A stretch of DNA of 64,000 bases from Chitinophagales bacterium (GTDB lineage: Bacteria > Bacteroidota > Bacteroidia > Chitinophagales > LD1), in the NCBI GenBank assembly GCA_016786765.1, contig JAEUUZ010000004.1:21300-85299 (forward strand), written 5' to 3'. Of the stretch, positions 19,268-26,580 are shown piece by piece (position 1 is the stretch's first letter; every line of letters begins with the position of its first letter). The position numbers and the translations under genes were made by a program. The notes under the pieces are model-generated. The model did no database searches. It was given only the letters and a program-made list of their open reading frames with translations, and was not told the DNA's origin.

Positions 19268-20358
19268 CGTACTTTTCGTTTTTTATTTCTTTCAAAATCT
19301 TCAAATAAATAATCGCCCAACCCTTTTAAAGAAGTATAAAATGCTTTGCCAGCATTGGCCTGTGTAAATTCTTCAACAAAGCTCTGCAGATATGGGTCTG
19401 ATGCAATCATAAAGGTAGTAATGGGGATTTTTACTCTTCTGGCCGCAGCTGCTAGTCTAACGCATTTGTTGACTATTTTTCTATCAAGGCCAAAGCTGTT
19501 TTTATAATAGTGTCCATTTTCTTTAATACAGCTTGGCTTGCCATCCGTAATCATAAAAATTTGCTTATTGGCATTTTTCTTTTTGCGCAAAATATCCATA
19601 GCCAATTCCAAACCGGCCACTGTGTTGGTATGGTAAGGCCCCACTTGTAGATAGGGTAAATCCTTTAATTCAATTTGCCATGCATCATCGCCAAAAACAA
19701 TAATATCGAGTGTGTCTTTGGGATATTTCTTGCGGATGAGTTCGGCCAATGCCATAGCCACATTTTTGGCAGGGGTGATACGATCTTCCCCATATAAAAT
19801 CATGGAGTGCGAAATATCAATCATGAGCACGGTTGAAGTCTGCGTTTTGTGTTCTTTCTCGCGCACCATTAAATCGTCCTCATTCATTATAAATTCACCA
19901 ATGCCATGGTTAATTTGAGCATTTCGAAAACTTTCCAACATAGCGATTTGCTCTAAAGAATCTCCAAACTGATAATTGCGTATGTCGCTGCTCATTTCAT
20001 CACCGGTTCCAGTATGTCGTGTTTTATGATTTCCCGAGCTACCTCTCTTAAGCTTACCAAAAATTCTTTCGAGGGAACTTTCCCGAATGGCCTTTTCGGT
20101 TTTTGACGTCATGTTAAACGCCTCTGAACCTGGTTGATCTTCTTTAATGTAACCCCGTTCACGCAAATCGTTAATAAAGTCGCCAATACCATAATCGCGA
20201 GTAGTAATTTTATATTCTTTATCTAATTCCGTTAACCAACTTAACGATTCTGCTACATCGCCTGAAGTATAAGTAAGCATCTGCTTGAAAATGTCAAATA
20301 GCCTATCAAAAGGATTTTGCGATTGGGAACTAAATTTTGAGAAACGGTAGCCGAGCAT
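19264..20358 (-). CDS. VWA-domain protein partner of the AAA+ ATPase
   Basis: MIDAS motif VLMIDISHSM (DxSxS), with later ITDGKP and TTFMIA strands. The stop overlaps the ATPase start (ATGA). Confidence 0.75.
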   Translation of the reverse strand: MLGYRFSKFSSQSQNPFDRLFDIFKQMLTYTSGDVAESLSWLTELDKEYKITTRDYGIGDFINDLRERGYIKEDQPGSEAFNMTSKTEKAIRESSLERIFGKLKRGSSGNHKTRHTGTGDEMSSDIRNYQFGDSLEQIAMLESFRNAQINHGIGEFIMNEDDLMVREKEHKTQTSTVLMIDISHSMILYGEDRITPAKNVAMALAELIRKKYPKDTLDIIVFGDDAWQIELKDLPYLQVGPYHTNTVAGLELAMDILRKKKNANKQIFMITDGKPSCIKENGHYYKNSFGLDRKIVNKCVRLAAAARRVKIPITTFMIASDPYLQSFVEEFTQANAGKAFYTSLKGLGDYLFEDFERNKKRKVR

Positions 20359-20480
20359 GACTTATCTAACAATTAAAATCAATATTAGTTGTTTTAAGTT
20401 GCAATTTTTATTTTGATAAAAGGTGAATAGATGACACTTTTTAGATTCGAAGTATGAGACGTATTTCTAAAAAACAAAAA

Positions 20481-20503
20481 AGGCCTTGATATAATCAAGA
20501 CCT
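20481..20503 (-). terminator. Rho-independent terminator just 3' of tRNA-Asp
   Basis: Read on the minus strand: aggtcttgat-tat-atcaaggcct (one C/A mismatch), followed by TTTTTTGTTTTTT. It begins 8 nt after the tRNA 3' end. Confidence 0.6.
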
Positions 20504-20510
20504 TTTTTTG

Positions 20511-20584
20511 CGGAACGGACGGGACTCGAACCCGCGACCTCCGCCGTGACAGGGCGGCATTCTAACCAACTGAACTACCGTTCC
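20511..20584 (-). tRNA. tRNA-Asp (anticodon GUC)
   Basis: The reverse complement GGAACGGTAGTTCAGTTGGTTAGAATGCCGCCCTGTCACGGCGGAGGTCGCGGGTTCGAGTCCCGTCCGTTCCG folds as a 74-nt cloverleaf: 7-bp acceptor, anticodon loop CTGTCAC, T-loop GTTCGAGT. CCA is not encoded. Confidence 0.93.
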
Positions 20585-20599
20585 ATTCCGTTGGGAGTG

Positions 20600-20629
20600 C
20601 AAATATAACAGCAATTTCTTTTTTGCCAA
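20600..20629 (-). promoter_or_regulatory. Bacteroidota-type promoter for tRNA-Asp (-33 TTG / -7 TATATTTG)
   Basis: On the minus strand TATATTTG is a perfect TAnnTTTG match and ends about 15 nt before the tRNA 5' end. A TTG lies 19 nt upstream of the box. Confidence 0.45.
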
Positions 20630-20649
20630 CTTTCCGCAAAAAAATGTTT

Positions 20650-21615
20650 TTATTTTTTTTGATTTTGGGCTTCAATCCACTTGTAGGTTTGCGTCATACC
20701 ATCTGCTAGCATTGACGATGGAGCCCATTTCAGCTTTTCTTTAATTAAACGGTTATCGGAGTTTCTTCCACGAACACCCATTGGACCGGGGATATTATTA
20801 AGTGTTAATGCCTTGCCTGAAATAGAAATAACGAGTTCAGCGAGTTCATTAATAGAAACCATTTCATCAGACCCTATATTAACAGGTCCAGCAAAATCAT
20901 TATCCATAAGTCGTTGTATTCCTTCTAAACACTCATCAATATAAAGGAATGAGCGAGTTTGAAGTCCATCCCCCCAAATCTCAATAGAAGAACCGGAGTT
21001 GGCTTGCGCTACCTTCCTGCATATAGCAGCCGGTGCTTTTTCTTTCCCGCCTGTCCACGTCCCCTCTGGGCCAAAAACATTATGAAAACGAGCTATTCTA
21101 ACATTTATGCCAAAGTTCTTTGCATAACTGAGGTAAAGTCGTTCACTGAATAGTTTTTCCCAACCATATTCGCTATCCGGATTAGCAGGATAAGCCGAAG
21201 ACTCTTCGCAGTTAGGGTTTGCAGGATCAAGCTGGTTATGCTCAGGATATATACATGCCGAAGACGAATAAAATATTTTACCAACCCCAAATTGTTTCAC
21301 TAACGATAAAATATTGAGATTGATTAATGCAGAATTGGTCATTAAATCGGCATCGTTATCGCCTGTAAAGATATATCCTGCACCGCCCATATCGGCCGCT
21401 AATTGATAAATGCAATCAAATTTTTCGTTGAGCACATCACTACAAAAAAGTGGATTGCGCAAATCTCCAATTACAAATTCGTTGGCAACAGAGTTACAAT
21501 ATTCCGGAAATTTCAAATCTACACCTCGAACCCAATATCCTTCTTGCTTTAGTCTTTTCACGAGATGTGCACCAATAAACCCTCCTGCTCCACATACCAA
21601 TGCCCTTTTGCTCAT
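20650..21615 (-). CDS. GDP-mannose 3,5-epimerase-like NAD-dependent epimerase (extended SDR)
   Basis: GAGGFIGAHL Rossmann motif. Long near-collinear matches to the plant GME sequence as I remember it: AADMGG.G(F/Y)I, SSACIYPE, RFHN.(F/Y)GP.GTW.GG.EKAPAA.CRK, WGDGLQTRSF..IDEC.EG, VNIGSDEMVS.NE.AE, PGP.GVRGRNSDN.LIKEKL.WAP. Confidence 0.7.
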   Translation of the reverse strand: MSKRALVCGAGGFIGAHLVKRLKQEGYWVRGVDLKFPEYCNSVANEFVIGDLRNPLFCSDVLNEKFDCIYQLAADMGGAGYIFTGDNDADLMTNSALINLNILSLVKQFGVGKIFYSSSACIYPEHNQLDPANPNCEESSAYPANPDSEYGWEKLFSERLYLSYAKNFGINVRIARFHNVFGPEGTWTGGKEKAPAAICRKVAQANSGSSIEIWGDGLQTRSFLYIDECLEGIQRLMDNDFAGPVNIGSDEMVSINELAELVISISGKALTLNNIPGPMGVRGRNSDNRLIKEKLKWAPSSMLADGMTQTYKWIEAQNQKK

Positions 21616-21776
21616 ATTCGCGTTTTTATAATAATCGATTAAAAGTAATTAAACTGTGTAAAGTTTATAATAGTCGGCCATTTTTTGATTTAGTAAAAAA
21701 ATGACTTTTATCAGCTTATAAATTGTAGAATTACTAAATTCGGAATGTTATTTTCGAACAACATAAAGAATACAAT

Positions 21777-22688
21777 ATGAGAAAGGTTTTTCACGACCCT
21801 GCTTTACAGAAACAATTTGACAAGGATGGTTATGTTAGCCTGCCTTTTATTTCAAAAGAGAAAGTAGAATTATTAAAACAGGCTTTCTTCGACACCTTAC
21901 CGAAAAGTGGTGGTCAGTTGGGTGCTGACGATGTTAAAAACGGTCATACTATCACCTACGATTTTACTTTTATCGATAAAAATCCGGAATACAAAAAGTT
22001 AGTATTCGACATTATTGTAAAACAATTTGAACAAGAATACAACAACGTATTAGCTGATTACAAACCAATTATTGCCAATTTTATTCGCAAAAAAACAGAC
22101 GGTGGCGAAGTGCCATTGCATCAAAATTGGGCATTTGTGGAAGAAACGAAATATACCTCCGTTTCTATTTGGTGTCCATTGGTAGACAGTACCATTGAAA
22201 ACGGCACACTCCAAGTTGTACCCGGAAGTCATAAGCGGTTTGGACTACAACGTGGCCCCAAAGTGCCTTGGGAGTTGGAAGGCATAAAAAATGAAATCAT
22301 TAACGATTACCTCATTCCTCTTGAAACAAAGGCTGGCGATTGTGTTATTTTAGACGACAGCATTATTCATTATACTGCCATTAACAAAACCCCTGGATTA
22401 CGATTAACAATTCAATTGATTTTGATTCCGGCAGATACATACTCGTTACATTATGATTTAAAATCTTCTAACGATGGCGAGGTAAGTGTTTTGGAAGTAG
22501 ATCATGACTTTTACATGAAGTTCAATCCTTGGATGCAACCGAGCAATGTAAAAACAATTCGAAAAGAGAAGTTTGAATTTAAACCCATGTCAACTTCTCA
22601 ATTTGAAGCAAGATTAAAAGAACCAAAAATTGACGAAACCACAGGCCTGTTCGCCAAAATCAAAAAACTATTTTTGACGGAAGCTTAA
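21777..22688 (+). CDS. PhyH-family Fe(II)/2OG dioxygenase paralog 1 (variant HxN metal motif; MinD-like C-terminal tail)
   Basis: LHQNWAF (H115-Q-N117), NGTLQVVPGSH, SIIHYTAINK...LRLT. C-terminus ...EPKIDETTGLFAKIKKLFLTEA. Confidence 0.75.
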   Translation: MRKVFHDPALQKQFDKDGYVSLPFISKEKVELLKQAFFDTLPKSGGQLGADDVKNGHTITYDFTFIDKNPEYKKLVFDIIVKQFEQEYNNVLADYKPIIANFIRKKTDGGEVPLHQNWAFVEETKYTSVSIWCPLVDSTIENGTLQVVPGSHKRFGLQRGPKVPWELEGIKNEIINDYLIPLETKAGDCVILDDSIIHYTAINKTPGLRLTIQLILIPADTYSLHYDLKSSNDGEVSVLEVDHDFYMKFNPWMQPSNVKTIRKEKFEFKPMSTSQFEARLKEPKIDETTGLFAKIKKLFLTEA

Positions 22689-22706
22689 TCTATAAATCAC
22701 AACACT

Positions 22707-23675
22707 ATGTTTCAGTTTCCAGCACAAATGATGCGTGTTTTTAAAGATGAGCAAATGCAAGCGGCTTTCGAGCGCGATGGCTTTGTGATTGTTGATTTTT
22801 ATACCAATGATGAAGTTGTGCAACTGGAGAAGTTGTATTCCGATTTACACCCTGTGGAAGAAAAAGGCTTTTACCCCAGTACTTTTTCGAAAGACAAAAG
22901 ATATAGACAAACAGCAGATGAAGAAGTAAGACGTGTGGGTTCAAGATGGATGAATGAAAACTTACAGGATTTCAAAACGATGTGTGGCAGTTTTATTGTA
23001 AAGTATCCCGGGGCCGATAGTACGATGTGTGTTCACCAAGATATGACCTTAGTGGATGAAACTAAATTTACCGGAATCAATATTTGGTGTCCGTTAATTG
23101 ACTTAACTGATGAGAATGGGGTTATACAAGTACTTAAGGGAAGCCATAGAATTATTCCAACATATAGAGGAGCCACTGTACCTTGTTTATATGGAGGTAT
23201 GAAGGACAATGACATTATACCCTATTTATCGCCTGTATATTTGAAAGCAGGGCAGGCTGTAATTTTCGACCAAAGTATTATCCACTATTCAGCAGCTAAT
23301 CTTTCCGATAAAATTAGAATTACAACAAATATTTATTTCACACATAAAGATGCTGATTTTAGAATTGCGTACTACAACAAAGATGCGCATGGCGATAAAG
23401 TAGAACTGTTTGAAGAAGATGATTCTTTCATGACCAACTTCGAACAGTTTGGCGACAATATTTTCGACAAACCAAAAATTGGGAAAAGCATAGGATTATT
23501 CGATTACAATTTCCCGAAGTTAGATGCAGCTTGGCTTGCAAGTCTTTATCCTGAAAAAGCAAAAGAAATAAAAGCAAAACAAGAGGCATTAACTACAGTA
23601 TTCAATCCACAACCAGAACAGAAATCAGAAAAAAAATCATTTTTCAAACGACTTTTCGAAACAATAGCGAACTAA
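22707..23675 (+). CDS. PhyH-family Fe(II)/2OG dioxygenase paralog 2 (C-terminal amphipathic tail)
   Basis: VHQDMTLVDE, NIWCPLIDLTDENGVIQVLKGSH, SIIHYSAANLSDKIRIT. C-terminus PQPEQKSEKKSFFKRLFETIAN. The start may instead be the Met pair 7-8 codons in. Confidence 0.78.
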   Translation: MFQFPAQMMRVFKDEQMQAAFERDGFVIVDFYTNDEVVQLEKLYSDLHPVEEKGFYPSTFSKDKRYRQTADEEVRRVGSRWMNENLQDFKTMCGSFIVKYPGADSTMCVHQDMTLVDETKFTGINIWCPLIDLTDENGVIQVLKGSHRIIPTYRGATVPCLYGGMKDNDIIPYLSPVYLKAGQAVIFDQSIIHYSAANLSDKIRITTNIYFTHKDADFRIAYYNKDAHGDKVELFEEDDSFMTNFEQFGDNIFDKPKIGKSIGLFDYNFPKLDAAWLASLYPEKAKEIKAKQEALTTVFNPQPEQKSEKKSFFKRLFETIAN

Positions 23676-24658
23676 TGGTAGAACCAATTTTTCAAGACCC
23701 TGAACTGCAAACGCAATTCGAATCGCAAGGCTATGTGAAAATTCCATTTTTAACGCAAGACGAAGTTACACACCTTGTAAATTTGTTTTGGGAATTACAT
23801 CCATCCATTGACACCAAAGGGTTTCAATCGAGCAGTTACTCAAATGATTATTCCTATAAAAAAAAGGCTAGCGATTTAGTTACAGCAGTTTTCAAAACGC
23901 ATTACGAAAAGATTTTTAAAAATTATAGAGCATTTGGTTCAGCATACTTATACAAACAACCCGACACCTATTCAGAGTTACCTGTGCATCAAGACTGGAC
24001 AATTGTAGACGAAGAACAATATGTTGCTTTAAATATATGGGTACCACTTATTGATGTAACTTCTTTTAATGGAGCATTACATGTAATGCCGGGTAGTCAT
24101 TATGGTGTTTTGAAACCCTTGCGCTGTCCTACGTTGCCAATGTTTTTTGACGGTTATGAACAACTGATGATTGCCAATTCCATTCCAATGGAAGTGAAAG
24201 CAGGTGAGGCTGTTGTATTGAATCAAAGCATTGTGCATTATTCTCCGCCAAACAAAAGTGATAAAATCAGAATTGCCATTACTTCAGGGGTAATGAGTGC
24301 TGCACCTAAAATGAATTTTCACTATTGTCCCGATCGTTCGAAAAACGAAGTCGAGGTATTTGAAATGGAAGATGACTTTCTAATCAGCTTTGAAAATTTT
24401 TACGAAGCGATTTTAAAACGTCCGTTGATGGGAAAAAGTTTAGGAATGAAACCTTACAACATACCACTCCTTAACGAATCGGAACTGCATGAGATGCTTC
24501 TAAAAATGAAAGAACGTGCTGGACTACCTCCTGTTTTAGTGGAGTCAACACCGATTAAAAACAATATTGTAGTTGAAGAAAAAATAAACTTGGAACCTAC
24601 TCCTAAAGTCGAGCCAACGTTAATTCAACGCATTGCTTCATTTTTCCAAACACATTAA
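23675..24658 (+). CDS. PhyH-family Fe(II)/2OG dioxygenase paralog 3 (C-terminal amphipathic tail)
   Basis: VHQDWTIVDE, NIWVPLIDVTSFNGALHVMPGSH, SIVHYSPPNKSDKIRIA. C-terminus EPTPKVEPTLIQRIASFFQTH. 1-nt TAATG overlap with paralog 2. Confidence 0.78.
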   Translation: MVEPIFQDPELQTQFESQGYVKIPFLTQDEVTHLVNLFWELHPSIDTKGFQSSSYSNDYSYKKKASDLVTAVFKTHYEKIFKNYRAFGSAYLYKQPDTYSELPVHQDWTIVDEEQYVALNIWVPLIDVTSFNGALHVMPGSHYGVLKPLRCPTLPMFFDGYEQLMIANSIPMEVKAGEAVVLNQSIVHYSPPNKSDKIRIAITSGVMSAAPKMNFHYCPDRSKNEVEVFEMEDDFLISFENFYEAILKRPLMGKSLGMKPYNIPLLNESELHEMLLKMKERAGLPPVLVESTPIKNNIVVEEKINLEPTPKVEPTLIQRIASFFQTH

Positions 24659-24666
24659 GCACAGAT

Positions 24667-25566
24667 ATGATTCCTGTTTTAAAAGATTCCGAACTAGAAG
24701 CACTGTTGACCGGAGAAGGATTTGTGGTATTACCATTTTTGAATGAAACAGAAGTGGCATATCTGGTAGACTTATATAACACGCATCATACCGATTCGAA
24801 AGAAGGCTTGTATGCTACAGCGCATTCATCGGATCGCGATTTCAAAATGAAGTTGAATGTTGAAATTCTAAAACAATTTGAACGAGCTATCGAACACTAT
24901 TTTTTGAACTGCCGTCCCCTGGGTGGATCATACATAACAAAATATAAAGGTCAAAACGGATCTTTACTTCCACATCAAGATTGGTCGATAGTAGATGAAG
25001 AACAATTCCGCTCTTTTAATATTTGGATTCCATTGGTTGATACTACAGAAGAGAATGGAGCTATTTGTGTTTTACCGCACAGCCACACACTGTTAAAGAG
25101 TTTTAGAGGAGTGAATGTGCCTGATCCTTTTTATAAAATCAGTGATTATACTTGGAAGTATCACCAAACGTTGAACATGAAGGCAGGTGAAGCATTGCTC
25201 TACGACCATAGGTTGCTGCATGCATCGGGCATTAATCAAACGGAACAGCCCCGATTAGCTGTAGTGTTTGGCATTATTCCGGAAAAGGCTGAAATGCGTT
25301 ATCACTTCATAGAGAACGGTGTAATTTCAGAATACGAGAGCAACTTAGATTTCTTCTTCAACTTCGATATTCTTAAAGGACCACAAGGATTAAAAAAATT
25401 AAGAGACTTAGAATACACAGTGAATCCTTTAACAGAAGAAGACTTCGATTATCTTTATTTGGGTATTGAAAAGAAAAAACCAACGCCTATTGAAGCACCT
25501 GTAGCACAACCCCTCACCCCTTCAACAGAAGGCCTTTGGGGGAAGTTAAAACGACTATTTTCGTAA
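24667..25566 (+). CDS. PhyH-family Fe(II)/2OG dioxygenase paralog 4 (C-terminal amphipathic tail)
   Basis: PHQDWSIVDE, NIWIPLVDTTEENGAICVLPHSH, RLLHASGINQTEQPRLA. C-terminus PTPIEAPVAQPLTPSTEGLWGKLKRLFS. Confidence 0.78.
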   Translation: MIPVLKDSELEALLTGEGFVVLPFLNETEVAYLVDLYNTHHTDSKEGLYATAHSSDRDFKMKLNVEILKQFERAIEHYFLNCRPLGGSYITKYKGQNGSLLPHQDWSIVDEEQFRSFNIWIPLVDTTEENGAICVLPHSHTLLKSFRGVNVPDPFYKISDYTWKYHQTLNMKAGEALLYDHRLLHASGINQTEQPRLAVVFGIIPEKAEMRYHFIENGVISEYESNLDFFFNFDILKGPQGLKKLRDLEYTVNPLTEEDFDYLYLGIEKKKPTPIEAPVAQPLTPSTEGLWGKLKRLFS

Positions 25567-25592
25567 TTCGACTTTTCTTTTGATATTGCTTT

Positions 25593-26576
25593 ATGATATA
25601 TATACTGATTACAGTTTTTTTTATTGGTGTTGCCGTTGTTACATTCCTATTGTTGCAGAAAACAAGAAATACAAACACCGTAAATACTGAAAAAACAGAG
25701 CTTGTTAACACTACATCTCCAGAAAAAGTTAAAGCTTTTTACAATCAATACAATGATAAATTTTTAGAAGTCTATGGCGATGTTATTCAGGCATTCCGAA
25801 CAACCGATGTAAGCAAACTTTTGGATTATGAGATTGCCAGCATGGAATTGAAATCCGGCATGAATATTTGTGATGCTGGATGTGGTGTTTGTGGCCCTGC
25901 GATATACTTTGCTGAACAATGTGATGTAACAGTGAGTGCTGTAACTATCTCTGAAGTTCAACTGAAAGAAGCTAACAAGAGAATTTTGTTGAAGGGGCTA
26001 AACAACAAAGTAAATGTACACTTGGGTGATTATCATCAACTCCCATCACTCTTCGCAAAAGAAACTTTTGATGTAGTGTACTTTTTGGAATCATTCGGAC
26101 ATTCCAATAATCACAGTAAAGCCATTGATGCGGCTTGGGATGTTTTAAAACCGGGAGGAACGCTGTACATTAAAGATTTGTTTCGGAAAATTGCAGTGAT
26201 CGAAGAGCACCAGCAAAAAATCGATTACGAGATTGGCAGAATTAACGAAGCCTATAAATACAATGTTGCCGATTTATACAAAGTGTTAGATGCTATGCGC
26301 AGAAAGGGTTTTGCTATATGCTTCGTTAAAACGATTGATTTAAAATTGGAAGACTTTGAAAACTTGACCATCTCCAATGATTTTCAAGAATTGACCGGTA
26401 TTGCGAAAATTGAAAATTGGGAAGACTACATTTTCCCTGTTGATTTTTTTGAGATTAAATGCTACAAACCTCAACATGAATTGCAATATGGATTAGATAA
26501 ATATTTCCTCCAAAATATGTATTGGATGCAGGTTCACAATAAACAACAAAACGAATTAGACTACGGAAAACTTTAA
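25593..26576 (+). CDS. Membrane-anchored class I SAM-dependent methyltransferase
   Basis: N-terminal TM helix MIYILITVFFIGVAVVTFLLL followed by KTR, so the catalytic domain is predicted cytoplasmic. Motif I ICDAGCGVCGPAIYFA, then ...LKPGGTLYIKD. Motif I resembles the sterol/tocopherol/CMAS-type MT pattern LD.GCG.GGPA. Confidence 0.75.
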   Translation: MIYILITVFFIGVAVVTFLLLQKTRNTNTVNTEKTELVNTTSPEKVKAFYNQYNDKFLEVYGDVIQAFRTTDVSKLLDYEIASMELKSGMNICDAGCGVCGPAIYFAEQCDVTVSAVTISEVQLKEANKRILLKGLNNKVNVHLGDYHQLPSLFAKETFDVVYFLESFGHSNNHSKAIDAAWDVLKPGGTLYIKDLFRKIAVIEEHQQKIDYEIGRINEAYKYNVADLYKVLDAMRRKGFAICFVKTIDLKLEDFENLTISNDFQELTGIAKIENWEDYIFPVDFFEIKCYKPQHELQYGLDKYFLQNMYWMQVHNKQQNELDYGKL

Positions 26577-26580
26577 CGCA

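Noticed and set aside
20359-21776. tRNA-Asp as the attachment site of a genomic island carrying the glycan locus
   Set aside because: No integrase, transposase or direct repeat of the tRNA 3' end was seen anywhere in the window. The tRNA 3' end also points away from the glycan locus, so the usual 3'-end integration geometry does not fit. A compositional shift could not be computed here.
22119-22127. Paralog 1 as a 2OG-dependent halogenase
   Set aside because: Halogenases replace the carboxylate with Ala or Gly to open a halide site. Here the residue is Asn, which still fills the site, so there is no basis for a halogenase call.
25514-25711. 65-aa minus-strand ORF across the paralog-4 / methyltransferase junction
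   Set aside because: It is antisense to two supported genes. Its hydrophobic stretch is just the complement of the methyltransferase TM-helix codons.
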